The notes below the pieces were generated by a model that did not search any database, was not told the origin of the DNA, and worked only from the letters and a program-made list of their open reading frames with translations. Positions 1-9,517 of a stretch of DNA of 64,000 bases are shown one piece after another. The position numbers were made by a program, and so were the translations under genes. Source of the DNA: an uncultured delta proteobacterium (lineage in GTDB: Bacteria > Desulfobacterota > Binatia > UBA9968); assembly GCA_963745035.1 (NCBI GenBank), contig CAVUVW010000014.1:224001-288000 (forward strand). The letters run 5' to 3'. Position 1 is the stretch's first letter; each line of letters begins with the position of its first letter.

Positions 1-295
1 GGCGGATATCGGCAACCCAATCTTGCGCCAGTCCCCACCATTCGATCTCGTTGGCGCCGCGCACGACTGCGGTGACGTTGCCTTCGAGAGGGAGCACGCA
101 ACCGACTTCAGTTTGCGCCCCGCCGATCTGCGTGATGTACCTCGTGTCGCAGCCGAACTGGTCCCAGTGGCCCTGATGGGGTAGTGCGATGAGCGCGTCG
201 AAGCCGGCCCGCTTCATTTCCTCGCGCAGCCGGCGCCAGCGCCGGTCCCGTTCCGTCAACGAGAATGTCGGGATGATCGGTTTTTCGAGGGCCAT
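1..295 (-). CDS. M24 family (Xaa-Pro peptidase/creatinase-like) protein, N-terminal part, runs off window edge
   Basis: Manual translation MALEKPIIPTFSLTERDRRWRRLREEMKRAGFDALIALPHQGHWDQFGCDTRYITQIGG matches the creatinase/prolidase N-domain pattern FS..ER..R...R..M...G.DALI...RY; not in ORF track because it has no stop in the window. Confidence 0.7.
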   Translation of the reverse strand, partial: MALEKPIIPTFSLTERDRRWRRLREEMKRAGFDALIALPHQGHWDQFGCDTRYITQIGGAQTEVGCVLPLEGNVTAVVRGANEIEWWGLAQDWVADIR

Positions 296-432
296 GGCAG
301 CTTTTTCTTTTCAGGTCAAAGAATCGAGTCGCTTGCGGTCGGCGCGCAGGGGCGGCGGATGCTTTGCGGAATTCTTATAAAGAGATTTGGATGCGCCGGC
401 AGCCAGAACGCGCTTAGCGCCGCCAACGCTCG

Positions 433-1329
433 CTATTTTTGGATCTTCATGCCCTTGTCGAAGCTCGATATGCCTCGGCCCTGCTTCTCGCGGTTGGCGA
501 TGGTGCGCTGCCACTTTTCTTCGTCGGACATCAGCGACCAGTCTTCCGCGCCGAGCGCGGTGATCTGCAAATAATTCGTATCGGGGTCGAAAAAATAGAT
601 GCTGCGCTCGCCCGGGGGGCGCAGGCCGTCGCCGGCGCGAAAGTCGCCGAGGGAGCGGCCGCCCAGGCGGGGAATCCGTTCGAGCATGACGTCGTAATCT
701 TCCTGGCTGACGTTGAACGCGACGTGGCAGGCGCGGCCTTTTTTCTTGGTGCGCTCGGAGAGCTCGGCCACGGGCTTCAGGCCGAGCATCTGGCCGTTGG
801 CGAACTCGAAAAGCGTCTCGCCGCGCACTGCGGCGATGGGCTTTAGTCCCAAGGCTTCGACATAGAAGCGTTGGGCGCGGGCGAGATCGGCGGTCTCGAA
901 GATTACGTGGCTGATGCCGTCCTTTGGCGCCAGCGGCTTTCGGCGCAGACAAAGCTCGATGTGATTGTCGTCGGGATCGATGAATTGCACTGCCTTGACG
1001 AAGGGCGACTCAACTCCGTGGGTTTCGAGTTCGCCGCATTTCGCGCCGCTGGCCCGGAGTCGCCCCAGCGCGGCGTCGAATGCCGGCTCGTCGGGCAAGC
1101 CGATGGCATAGCGCGGCGCGCCGCTGTCTGACGCGGGCACCGAAACGCCGGGCAATGTCAGGCCGACGATGTTCTCGCCGGCCTGGACATAGGTGTGGCG
1201 CGGCGAGCCGTCGGCGTTCTTTCGCTGCGTGAGAAACGTGAGGCCGACCGTTTCGAGATAAAATTTTTCCGAGCGCGGCAGATCGCGCACGGGAAAGGCG
1301 ACGTGGTCCAGAGTTTCTGCGCGGAACAT
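433..1329 (-). CDS. Two-domain VOC (glyoxalase/extradiol dioxygenase-like) protein
   Basis: LDHVAFPVRDL..SEKFY...GL and ISHVIFETADL..A.RFY..ALGL repeats; F.DPD.N..E/Q motifs twice. Confidence 0.85.
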   Translation of the reverse strand: MFRAETLDHVAFPVRDLPRSEKFYLETVGLTFLTQRKNADGSPRHTYVQAGENIVGLTLPGVSVPASDSGAPRYAIGLPDEPAFDAALGRLRASGAKCGELETHGVESPFVKAVQFIDPDDNHIELCLRRKPLAPKDGISHVIFETADLARAQRFYVEALGLKPIAAVRGETLFEFANGQMLGLKPVAELSERTKKKGRACHVAFNVSQEDYDVMLERIPRLGGRSLGDFRAGDGLRPPGERSIYFFDPDTNYLQITALGAEDWSLMSDEEKWQRTIANREKQGRGISSFDKGMKIQK

Positions 1330-1344
1330 TGCTTCCTCCGGCGA

Positions 1345-2442
1345 TCAATGACCCGATGATTTTCTCTTCAAGACGACTTCGTCGAGAATCTGCACGCCGT
1401 CTTTGATCAGTTTGGCGTTTTGCTCCAGGGTATTGATCTGGACGCGCGGCGTGCCCAAAAGATTCTGCAGCTCTTTCATGCGCGGGTAGATCGGCTCGAC
1501 TTTGGGATGGGTCACCACCCGCCCTTCCTGCGCGATCAGACGCTGCCCTTCCTCGGAAATCATGAAATCATAGAAGAGCGCGCCGGCATGCGGGTGGGGC
1601 GCCTGGCGCGCCATGGTCAGCGGATAGATCAGCGCCGGGATCAAATCTTGCGCGACCCAATCGATGGGCGCGTTCTTCGCGCGCAGTCCTTCGGTGTTGT
1701 AGGCGTAGCTGGTCACCGCGAGCGGCGCTTCGCCGGCCATCATCATTTGCGCCGTGGTGTCGCGGCCGACGCGCACCAAGAGCTGCTGCTGGCTCAACCG
1801 GGTAAAGTAGCCGAGGGTTTTCTCCTTGCCCCAGGCGCCGAGAAGCGCGGTGACTTCCTCGACGGAAGATTCGTCGAAGAGAATTTCCCCTTTCCATTTC
1901 GGATTCAGCAATTCCTCCCAACTTTTCGGCACGTCTTTCTGACTGAGCTTGCGTGGATTATACGAAAAGACGCGAAACGCGTAATTCATGTTGGTGTAAA
2001 ACGGCGACTTGGCGTGGGCCGGAAAAACCTCCCGTACCGGCGTGTCGTAGCGGCCGATGACGTTTCTTTCCAGAAAGATCGGCAGCAGATCAAAGGACGG
2101 CTTGATGACATCGACCAGGTGCCTGCCGGCATTGGCTTCCGAAACGACTCTCTGGGTAACCTGGCGGGTTTTCGAGCGCCAAAAATTCGCGTTGATAAAA
2201 GGATATTTCTTTCTGAAGGCCTGGATATAGCGGGTCGCGTTCTCGATGCCCGAGTTGGTATACCAAACCATCTCGCCTTCTTTCCTGGCGCCCTCGAGGA
2301 GTCTTTTCTCGCGCTCGGCCGCGGGCAGCTTCTCCAACGACTTCCAAACCGCTTCGGCGCTGTTGGCGTGGGCGGCCTTCGCGCCGGACAACATCGGACT
2401 GAAACCGAGCATCATCAGCAGAATTACAAATGGGCGTACCAT
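1345..2442 (-). CDS. ABC transporter extracellular solute-binding protein (Fe3+/polyamine-type fold)
   Basis: Signal peptide; GARKEGEMVWYT, PKSWEELLNPKWKG, APHPHAGALFYDFMISEEGQ motifs. Confidence 0.88.
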   Translation of the reverse strand: MVRPFVILLMMLGFSPMLSGAKAAHANSAEAVWKSLEKLPAAEREKRLLEGARKEGEMVWYTNSGIENATRYIQAFRKKYPFINANFWRSKTRQVTQRVVSEANAGRHLVDVIKPSFDLLPIFLERNVIGRYDTPVREVFPAHAKSPFYTNMNYAFRVFSYNPRKLSQKDVPKSWEELLNPKWKGEILFDESSVEEVTALLGAWGKEKTLGYFTRLSQQQLLVRVGRDTTAQMMMAGEAPLAVTSYAYNTEGLRAKNAPIDWVAQDLIPALIYPLTMARQAPHPHAGALFYDFMISEEGQRLIAQEGRVVTHPKVEPIYPRMKELQNLLGTPRVQINTLEQNAKLIKDGVQILDEVVLKRKSSGH

Positions 2443-2539
2443 CGGACTATCCTCCCTGGCGGGAAAACCTTATTGCATGAAGACCATCGCGTCAATCGGG
2501 GTGACGAGATCGAGATCGTTCGCATGGCGGGCCAACGAT

Positions 2540-2565
2540 TCCCCGCAGCTCGCTGCGGGATTCAT
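2540..2565. repeat. Short REP-like palindrome
   Basis: cccgcagc-tc-gctgcggg 8-bp perfect inverted repeat in a divergent intergenic region. Confidence 0.45.
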
Positions 2566-2598
2566 TCGACGAAACGCTCATAAGACAAAAAAACTGCG

Positions 2599-2627
2599 TT
2601 GACACCCGCGGATGGCGGCGATATAGG
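2599..2627 (+). promoter_or_regulatory. Putative sigma70 promoter
   Basis: TTGACA-N17-TATAGG about 45 bp upstream of the SBP start. Confidence 0.5.
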
Positions 2628-2671
2628 GCGACCAAGCGGGCAGAAAGAATCGCCTGTTGGAGGATCGAAAA

Positions 2672-3721
2672 ATGAGCATCGGCGCATTCGTCGTTTTGGT
2701 TCTCTTGCTTTCACCGTTGCAAGCGTGGTCGCAGGCGCGCAAGCCGGCGTCGTTGGCGGAGCTGGTGAGTTACATGGGCGCAGACCGCGAGCAGGTGCTC
2801 TACGCCGGCGCGAAGGCGGAAGGAAAGCTCATGTGGTACACCTCGCTCGCCGGCGGCTCCTACAAAGCGCTCATAACCGCCTTCGAAGCCAAGTATCCCG
2901 GCGTCCGGGTTGACGTTTATCGCGCCGGCGGCAGCGACCTGGTGGTGCGGTTGAGCGAAGAGTACAAAGCCAGACGCCATCTGGTGGATACGATCGAGAC
3001 TACAGAGGGCAATCTGATGTTCATGCGCGATGCGGGTCTCCTACAGCCCTACAATTCGCCGGTGCTCAAGAACTACCCGGACGAGGCCAAGGAAGCGGCG
3101 GCAAAGGGGCTCTACTACTGGGCGCTCGCCCGGGAGTCCTATATCGGCTTTACCTACAACAAGAATCTCCTCGCCGCCGCGGCGGTGCCGAAGAACTTCG
3201 ACGGTCTTTTCCACCCGGACCTCAAAGATAAGATGGGCATGCCGCTGGGGGGAGCCTCGGGCAGCAGGGCCATCGGCGCGATGGTCAAAGCCAAAGGCGA
3301 AGAGTTCGTTAAAAAGCTGAAAGAGCAGCAGATGAAGCTCTATTCTCTCGATGCTCCGGCGCTCGTCAACGTGATCGCCGCCGGCGAAGTCGTCGCCTCG
3401 CCGGCAATTTTCCAGAGCCACACCTGGCTTGCTGCTACGAAAGGCGCGCCGGTGGAATGGGTGCCGATGGAACTCGTGCCCAATAACGTGGGCAGCGCGG
3501 CCATCGCCGTTAGACCGCCAAATCCTCATGGCGCGGTCTTGATGGCTGATTTTCTCCTGGGAAAGGAGGGTCAGAACATACTGGAAAAGTTTCACTACGG
3601 CAGCGCGACCAAGGAGCAACCGTTCAAACGTTGGCGCCCGGAGCGGGGACTGACGACGGAAAAGTACGAAAAGGAAATCGACCACTGGGAAAAGCTGGTT
3701 CAGCAAATTGGCCGCAAATAG
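2672..3721 (+). CDS. ABC transporter extracellular solute-binding protein (Fe3+/polyamine-type fold)
   Basis: GGAGG RBS; signal peptide; GAKAEGKLMWYTS, PPNPHGAVLMADFLLGKEGQ; paralogue of 1345..2442. Confidence 0.88.
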   Translation: MSIGAFVVLVLLLSPLQAWSQARKPASLAELVSYMGADREQVLYAGAKAEGKLMWYTSLAGGSYKALITAFEAKYPGVRVDVYRAGGSDLVVRLSEEYKARRHLVDTIETTEGNLMFMRDAGLLQPYNSPVLKNYPDEAKEAAAKGLYYWALARESYIGFTYNKNLLAAAAVPKNFDGLFHPDLKDKMGMPLGGASGSRAIGAMVKAKGEEFVKKLKEQQMKLYSLDAPALVNVIAAGEVVASPAIFQSHTWLAATKGAPVEWVPMELVPNNVGSAAIAVRPPNPHGAVLMADFLLGKEGQNILEKFHYGSATKEQPFKRWRPERGLTTEKYEKEIDHWEKLVQQIGRK

Positions 3722-3830
3722 CCGCGCGCTGTCCGGCGTCGGAGCGCGCCGTAATACGAGCGGCGCAATCGCTCTTCCGCTCGGCGAAAACCCGCGATCG
3801 GGCGCGGCAGGCGATGCGCGAAGGACTTTG

Positions 3831-4553
3831 ATGATGGCGGAGAAAAAACTCACCGGCAAGATTGCGCGGGAACGGATTTGTCTGATGGAAGCGCCGCGCC
3901 CGCCGTCGGGAATCATCGAGGGCTTGCGCGCGCTGGGCGACGCCAGCGGCATCATTTCCGATGTCATGGACGAGCTTGGCATCATTGGCGTAGTCGGCGC
4001 ATCCGTGCTGAAGCCGACCGTCGCCGGGTCATGCATCGTCGGGCCGGCGCTCACGGTGCGCAATATTCTCCAGCGCGAGCATGTCTATGAAGCCGCGCGC
4101 CGGCACGTGAACAAGATGGCCGAGTTCGAAGCGCACAATCTGGCTCTGCCGGGCGACGTCGTCGTCATCGACGGCGTCGCCGGCATCTCGAACATGGGCG
4201 GCATCTCGGCGCAGACCGGCAAGCGCCAGGGCGAAGCCGGCGCCATCGTATTCGGCGGCGTGCGCGACGTCGGTCATTCGCGCCGGGTCGGCTACCCAAT
4301 CTGGGCCTCTGAAATCACTCCGGTCACCGGCAAGTGGCGCATCGAAACCGTCGAGATCAACGGCGAGGTGGTTGTTGCCGGCGTGCGCGTGGCGCCGGGC
4401 GATATCGTGCTCGCCGACGACACCGGCGTGTGCTTTATCCCGCGCGCCCGCGCCGCCGAGGTGCTGGCGCTCGCCCAACAGAAATCCGCCGCCGAAGAAG
4501 CCAAATGCAAAGCGATCGACGACGGCGTCGGAGTCGCCGATCTTCCCGCGTGA
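3831..4553 (+). CDS. RraA family / HMG-aldolase-like protein
   Basis: ISDVMD, IVGPALTV, GDVVVIDG, MGG, GGVRD, VAPGDIVLADDTGV motifs; start moved to ATG after AAGGA. Confidence 0.85.
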   Translation: MMAEKKLTGKIARERICLMEAPRPPSGIIEGLRALGDASGIISDVMDELGIIGVVGASVLKPTVAGSCIVGPALTVRNILQREHVYEAARRHVNKMAEFEAHNLALPGDVVVIDGVAGISNMGGISAQTGKRQGEAGAIVFGGVRDVGHSRRVGYPIWASEITPVTGKWRIETVEINGEVVVAGVRVAPGDIVLADDTGVCFIPRARAAEVLALAQQKSAAEEAKCKAIDDGVGVADLPA

Positions 4554-4681
4554 GCTTACTTGGCTGAAATAAGTGGGCGCAGGCGCGTGCCGGGGCTTTG
4601 CTAGGAAGCACTTCCGGCTCGATCGGCATCACTTCCATCTTTAAATTTCGGTTCCCCCCGCGGCAATTTCCTGAGGTTACG

Positions 4682-4710
4682 TTGCCTTAAGGACCGGCGC
4701 TCCGTATAAC
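4682..4710 (+). promoter_or_regulatory. Putative sigma70 promoter for TerC gene
   Basis: TTGCCT-N17-TATAAC. Confidence 0.55.
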
Positions 4711-4770
4711 TTTTGCGTGGGCGCGTGCGCGCCCGGCTTTTCATCATGGTGGCAGCTCGCAAGCAGGGAG

Positions 4771-5523
4771 ATGGAAATCATGGACTGGATCACAAGCCCG
4801 GAAGCCTGGATCGCCTTTGGCACGTTGTTGGCGTTGGAGATCGTGCTTGGCATCGACAATGTCGTATTCATCTCGATTCTCGCCGGCAAGCTGCCGGCCA
4901 ATCAGCAGGCCAACGCCCGCTATCTCGGCCTTGCGCTGGCGATGGTGACGCGCATCCTGCTCTTGTTCTCGATTTCCTGGATGGTGCGGCTCACGGCGCC
5001 GCTATTCACGGTTTTTGAAATGGAGATCTCCGGGCGTGATTTGATCCTGATCACCGGCGGGCTGTTTCTGATCGGCAAAAGCACCCATGAAATTCACCAG
5101 CGGCTCGAAGGCGAGCACGGGCACGCCGCGGCGGCGGTGGCGCCGACCTTCGCCAGTGTGATCGTACAGATCCTGCTGCTCGACGTGGTGTTTTCTCTCG
5201 ATTCGGTCATCACCGCCGTCGGCATGGTCAATCAGATCGGCATCATGGTCTCGGCGGTGGTGGTTGCGGTGATCGTGATGATCGCCTTTGCCGGCGCGAT
5301 CGGGCGCTTCGTCGAGCGCCATCCGACGGTCAAAATGCTCGCGCTCAGTTTTCTTTTGCTGATCGGCATGACGCTCATGGCCGAAGGCTTCGACCAGCAT
5401 ATCTCGAAGGGCTATATTTATTCGGCGATGGCATTTTCGGTGTTTGTCGAGATTCTCAACCTGCGCGCGAAAAAGGTCGGCGCCGAGCCGGTCAGGCTGC
5501 ACAGGCCCTACGTCGAAGGTTGA
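4771..5523 (+). CDS. TerC family integral membrane protein
   Basis: LEIVLGIDN, LDVVFSLDSVITAVGM, KGYIYSAMAFS motifs; start at 4771 or 4780. Confidence 0.93.
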   Translation: MEIMDWITSPEAWIAFGTLLALEIVLGIDNVVFISILAGKLPANQQANARYLGLALAMVTRILLLFSISWMVRLTAPLFTVFEMEISGRDLILITGGLFLIGKSTHEIHQRLEGEHGHAAAAVAPTFASVIVQILLLDVVFSLDSVITAVGMVNQIGIMVSAVVVAVIVMIAFAGAIGRFVERHPTVKMLALSFLLLIGMTLMAEGFDQHISKGYIYSAMAFSVFVEILNLRAKKVGAEPVRLHRPYVEG

Positions 5524-5567
5524 GTCCGGCGCCGCGCCGCGGTCAGATTGAGCTGCCTCCGCGCTCG

Positions 5568-6695
5568 CTAAGAAACAGCGAACGGAATCCGCGTGATGTC
5601 GAGATTCGCGGTGAAACTCTCAGGCGCCGGCAGCTTCATCGCGGCGTTGTGGATGATTAGCGGCACTTGAGATTCGTGCAGCGAGCCGTGCGAGCGATAG
5701 GTCGGCTCCAACTCTTCGCTCGACGAATCGAGATCGCCGAACACGGTGTCGTGATCGCCGATGACGACCAGATCGCCGATCCGTTCGGGCATCAGATGAA
5801 AGCGCCGGGCCGCCTCGGCGCGGCTGAGAACCTCTTCGATGCCGTGAAGTCCGGCAATCGTCCGCGCCGCCTTTTCCTGATCGGCCGGTGAGTTGAGCCA
5901 GACCCACGCCGCGCCGCCGAAGGTGCGGTGATGTTTCACGTAGCGGTCTTTTTCCGCCGACAAAGCGAAGCGCAGCGGCACGTCCCGTTCGGCGCAGGCC
6001 CGCGCCAGGTCCCAACAGCGTTTTTTATAGTTCATGCCATGGTCCGCCGTGAGCAGAAACGCGGCGTCCGGCGCGCCGGCGCGCGCCGCGCCGATGAGCT
6101 CGTCCAGGCGCGCGAGATGCTCCTGGGATTCGCTCGCCGCCGCTGGCCACATGTGCATCGGATAGTCCGTCGTGTGCACGTAGAGCAGCCGGATATCGGG
6201 CCGGTGGAGCAGAATGTCGATCGCCACATCCCAGAGCCAATAATTGATCTCCCGGCTGTAAATATCGGGCGGCTGGCCGAACCGGTCGATGAAATCGGCG
6301 GGCGGATTTTCCGCGGCGACCGCGACGGTGGCGCCGCGCGAAAGCAGGCGAATGGTTTTTTGCTTGCACGTGAGCAGCGCGGATGGAATTCCCCGCGCCG
6401 CCGCGCGCTCCAGGATGGTCGGCATGCGAATGAACTCCGCGCTTTCCATATAATCGGCCGCGCCGGTTTTTTCGTCGAAATAGGAATTGCCGGTGATGCC
6501 GTGCTCTTTCGGCCAGGCGCCGCAGCAGATCGACACGTTATTGGCGTTGGTGACGGTAGGATAGACGGCGCCGACTGCGCGAAACAGGCCGTCCCCGGCC
6601 ATGGATTTCATCACCGGTAATGAACTGTTTTCGAAATAGTCCGTGCCGAATCCATCGATCATGCCGATCACGACTCGCTGCTTTTCGACGATCAT
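5568..6695 (-). CDS. phnA: Phosphonoacetate hydrolase-like enzyme (alkaline phosphatase superfamily)
   Basis: IDG, PTVTNANN (Thr nucleophile), HGITGNSYF, TTDYPMH, TADHGMN, RSHG motifs; last gene of a phn transporter operon. Confidence 0.78.
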   Translation of the reverse strand: MIVEKQRVVIGMIDGFGTDYFENSSLPVMKSMAGDGLFRAVGAVYPTVTNANNVSICCGAWPKEHGITGNSYFDEKTGAADYMESAEFIRMPTILERAAARGIPSALLTCKQKTIRLLSRGATVAVAAENPPADFIDRFGQPPDIYSREINYWLWDVAIDILLHRPDIRLLYVHTTDYPMHMWPAAASESQEHLARLDELIGAARAGAPDAAFLLTADHGMNYKKRCWDLARACAERDVPLRFALSAEKDRYVKHHRTFGGAAWVWLNSPADQEKAARTIAGLHGIEEVLSRAEAARRFHLMPERIGDLVVIGDHDTVFGDLDSSSEELEPTYRSHGSLHESQVPLIIHNAAMKLPAPESFTANLDITRIPFAVS

Positions 6696-6720
6696 GATTT
6701 TCTCCTTTGAAGCGAATTGT

Positions 6721-7518
6721 TTACAGAATGCGCCGCCGCACCGCGCCGCTTACTTGCTCGACGGCGATCACCAGGGCAAAAATGGCAAGAATCGCCGTGG
6801 CGGCCTGATTGTACTGGAAAAGGTCCATGGAGACTTTGAGCTCGATGCCGATGCCGCCGGCGCCGACCAAGCCGAGAATAACCGACGAGCGCGTCGCTTT
6901 CTCGAGGCTGAAGAGCGCGCTGTTGACGAACGACGGCAGCGCCGCCGGCACCACGGCGCAGAAGATCACGTCGGCGCCGCGCGCGCCGCCGGCGCGCAGC
7001 GCTTCCTGCGGGCCGGGCTGCACCTCTTCCATCGCCTCGGCGAAAAAGCGGCCGCAAAAGCCCATCGTGTCGACCATGATCGCCAGGGTTCCGGCGAACG
7101 GCCCGAGCCCGACCGCGACGACGAACAACAGCGCCCAAACCAAGTCCGGCACGGTGCGAAAGAGCGAGATGAGTCCCCGCGCCGCGAAGTAAATTATTCG
7201 GTGCGGCGCATGAACGCGGCTGGCAAAGACGGCGAGAAAAAAGCTTCCGGCGATGCCCAGCGCGGTGCCGACAAACGCCATTTGAAAGGTTTCGAGCAGG
7301 GCGGCGGCGATGCGGTCGATGCGCTGCAAATCCGGTGGAAACATTTCCGCTACGATGCGGCGAATTTCCGGCAGGCCGTCGAGCAATTGCGCCGGCGACA
7401 GGCCGACGCTCTGCATCGAGTAGACAAAAGCCAGGAGGGTAAGCAGCAGAGCGAAAGAACCGAGACCGGGAAACTGAAAGCGCGCCGGCAGCGGCGCGGA
7501 CTCAGCTTGGCGATTCAT
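6721..7518 (-). CDS. phnE: Phosphonate ABC transporter permease
   Basis: RTVPDLVWALLFV.AVGLGPFAG.LA, GRFFAEAMEEV, GLVGAGGIG motifs. Confidence 0.92.
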   Translation of the reverse strand: MNRQAESAPLPARFQFPGLGSFALLLTLLAFVYSMQSVGLSPAQLLDGLPEIRRIVAEMFPPDLQRIDRIAAALLETFQMAFVGTALGIAGSFFLAVFASRVHAPHRIIYFAARGLISLFRTVPDLVWALLFVVAVGLGPFAGTLAIMVDTMGFCGRFFAEAMEEVQPGPQEALRAGGARGADVIFCAVVPAALPSFVNSALFSLEKATRSSVILGLVGAGGIGIELKVSMDLFQYNQAATAILAIFALVIAVEQVSGAVRRRIL

Positions 7519-8314
7519 ACAATTCCCTGAGCGCGGCCAGGTTCTGTGATTTCGCCGGAGCGTCGAGCTGCAGCGCGCCGCCGCGCAGCGCCAGAAGCCG
7601 ATCCCCGTACTGAACGGCGTGTTGCAGATTGTGCGAGGTGAAAACGAACGTCAGGCGCGCTTTTTCCATCAAGCGCCCGAACAGCTCCATCACTTCTTCC
7701 GCCGCGCGCGGGTCGAGGCTGGCGACCGGCTCGTCGGCGATGACGATGCGCGGCTCCTGCATGAGCGCGCGGGCGATGGCGACGCGCTGGGATTGTCCGC
7801 CGGAAAGACGATCGGCCCGCCGTCCGGCGAAACTTGCCAAGCCGACCAAGTCGAGGCAGTGCATCGCTTTGGCCCTTTCGGCTCGCGGCGCCCATTGCTG
7901 AAACCAACAGCGACTGCCCATTTTTCCGAGCGAGCCGTGGAGAACGTTGGTCAAAACCGACAGACGCGGCACCAGGTTATGCTGCTGAAAGACGAAGCCG
8001 ACCTGGGCGCGGAGCGCGCGCAAATCGCGCGCGCGCAACGCCGGCAGGTCGCAACCGAACAACCGCGCGGTGCCGCTGTCGAGCGGGCTCAAACCCACGC
8101 AACAGCGCAGCAGAGTCGATTTGCCGGCGCCGTTGGCGCCGATCAGCGCCACCGCTTCTCCCGGGAAGATCTCGAAGCTGACGCCGTCGAGCACGGCAGT
8201 CTGGGCGGCAAAGCTCTTGCGCAGATTGACCGCGGCCAAATCGGCGGGGCGTGCGCGCTCGACGGCTGCCGCGCAGCCGGCCGCGACGCCGAGGGCGGTG
8301 GAGATAGCGCCCAT
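7502..8314 (-). CDS. phnC: Phosphonate ABC transporter ATP-binding protein
   Basis: GANGAGKST, FQQHNLVPRLSVLTNVLHG, LSGGQSQRVAIAR, ADEPVASLDP. Confidence 0.92.
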   Translation of the reverse strand: MGAISTALGVAAGCAAAVERARPADLAAVNLRKSFAAQTAVLDGVSFEIFPGEAVALIGANGAGKSTLLRCCVGLSPLDSGTARLFGCDLPALRARDLRALRAQVGFVFQQHNLVPRLSVLTNVLHGSLGKMGSRCWFQQWAPRAERAKAMHCLDLVGLASFAGRRADRLSGGQSQRVAIARALMQEPRIVIADEPVASLDPRAAEEVMELFGRLMEKARLTFVFTSHNLQHAVQYGDRLLALRGGALQLDAPAKSQNLAALRELYESPS

Positions 8315-9234
8315 TACTCGCCACCGACGAATTTGGCGTACTGCGTGTGGCCGATCGTCGCGTACATCGATCGCACGGAGTTGTAATCCCGGTCTTCGAT
8401 GCGCGTGATGAACTTCATGCCTTTGTACTTCTGCGTGTCCTTGCCGGTGAGAATCGCCTGAACCAACTCCTTGGAGTTGCTTTGAAAGCCGCCCCTGAGT
8501 TTTTCGACCAGTTTCTTGTCCACGTGGGCGCCCGCCAGCAGCGGGTCATTGGGCAGGTCCGGACCGCGGGCGATGACCTTAAAAGCCGCGGGCTCAAGCT
8601 TGTCCTTGTCGCGCAGCGTGAGGTAGTTGCTGTTGGTCATGCCGAAGGCGGCGATGTCGCCGCGTTTAAGCGCCTCCCAGCCGACGTTGGTGCCGACATG
8701 CTGCGCCTGAATATCTTTCAGCGGATCGAGGCCGGCGTCTTTGAGGAGCTGCATCGGTCCGAGGTGTTTGGAAGTCGAGCCGACGTCGCCGAAGGCGACC
8801 TTCTTTCGTTTCAAGTCCTTGATCGAAACGATGCCGTTGTCCGCCATGGCGATCAGCGCGGCGAAATAGTCGGGCCGCGAAAAGCCGACGATCGGATAGG
8901 CGTTGGTGCGGCTGCGGAAAATGATGTACTCGGCGGGGCCGGTGAGCACGACGTCGATCTTCTGCGACTTTAAAGCTTCGACCGCCGCGGTGCGATTGGC
9001 CACCGGAAAAAATTTCAAATCGATGCCCGTCGCTTCCCGCAAGGCTTTTTGAAATGCGCCGTATTCGGTTTGTAGCTCTTCCAGGCCGACGATGTCGGTC
9101 ACGGCGAAGCGCAGCTCTTGCGCGTGTGCTCCTCGCTCCGGCCAAAGCGCCAACGAGCAGATCGCCCATGCAAGAAAAATCAGCCGCGCCGTATGTGCGC
9201 GCGACTTGGAAAATCGCAGGCAAAAATATTTCAT
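8314..9234 (-). CDS. phnD: Phosphate/phosphite/phosphonate ABC transporter substrate-binding protein
   Basis: Signal peptide; GPAEY, VAFGDVGSTSKHLGP, PDLPND motifs; coupled to phnC. Confidence 0.88.
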   Translation of the reverse strand: MKYFCLRFSKSRAHTARLIFLAWAICSLALWPERGAHAQELRFAVTDIVGLEELQTEYGAFQKALREATGIDLKFFPVANRTAAVEALKSQKIDVVLTGPAEYIIFRSRTNAYPIVGFSRPDYFAALIAMADNGIVSIKDLKRKKVAFGDVGSTSKHLGPMQLLKDAGLDPLKDIQAQHVGTNVGWEALKRGDIAAFGMTNSNYLTLRDKDKLEPAAFKVIARGPDLPNDPLLAGAHVDKKLVEKLRGGFQSNSKELVQAILTGKDTQKYKGMKFITRIEDRDYNSVRSMYATIGHTQYAKFVGGE

Positions 9235-9280
9235 AGACCCTCCCGTCGAGAACGTTTGCGCCGCATTTGATCCGACCGAG

Positions 9281-9318
9281 GTTACGCGCAGGTTACAGGT
9301 CGTCGAACATTCGGTAAC
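9281..9318 (-). promoter_or_regulatory. Pho-box-like array upstream of phnD
   Basis: Minus strand reads CGTTAC..TTCGAC..CTGTAAC-ctgc-GCGTAAC; cores at 9281, 9292, 9303 (degenerate) and 9314, an 11-bp period. Confidence 0.55.
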
Positions 9319-9363
9319 GAGGAGTTCTTGACCTGCTATACGCCAGCGCTCTCCTCACTCCTG

Positions 9364-9517
9364 CGGACCATGTCAGAGTGTCATTCTGAGGTCATTCGGC
9401 CAGGCGCAGGATAACTCCGCCGAAGAATCTGCTTTTTTGCAAGCCGTCGGAAAAGCAGATGCTTCACTTTCGCTCAGCATGACATTCAAGTGATTTGTAG
9501 TATTGCGACACAGTCCG
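9364..9517. mobile_element. MITE-like element: IS1182-type end enclosing a REP-like palindrome
   Basis: Right end attgcgacacagtc (9502-9515) is identical to 14 bp of the IS1182 TIR at 55950; left end cggaccatgtcagag is a 10/15 inverted match; inner palindrome tgtcattctgag...ctcagcatgaca (9379-9484). Confidence 0.55.

Noticed and set aside
4711-4770. yybP-ykoY Mn riboswitch expected before a TerC gene
   Set aside because: The leader after the predicted promoter is only about 55 nt and lacks the GGGGAGUAG and CGUCA core; only a short GC hairpin is present
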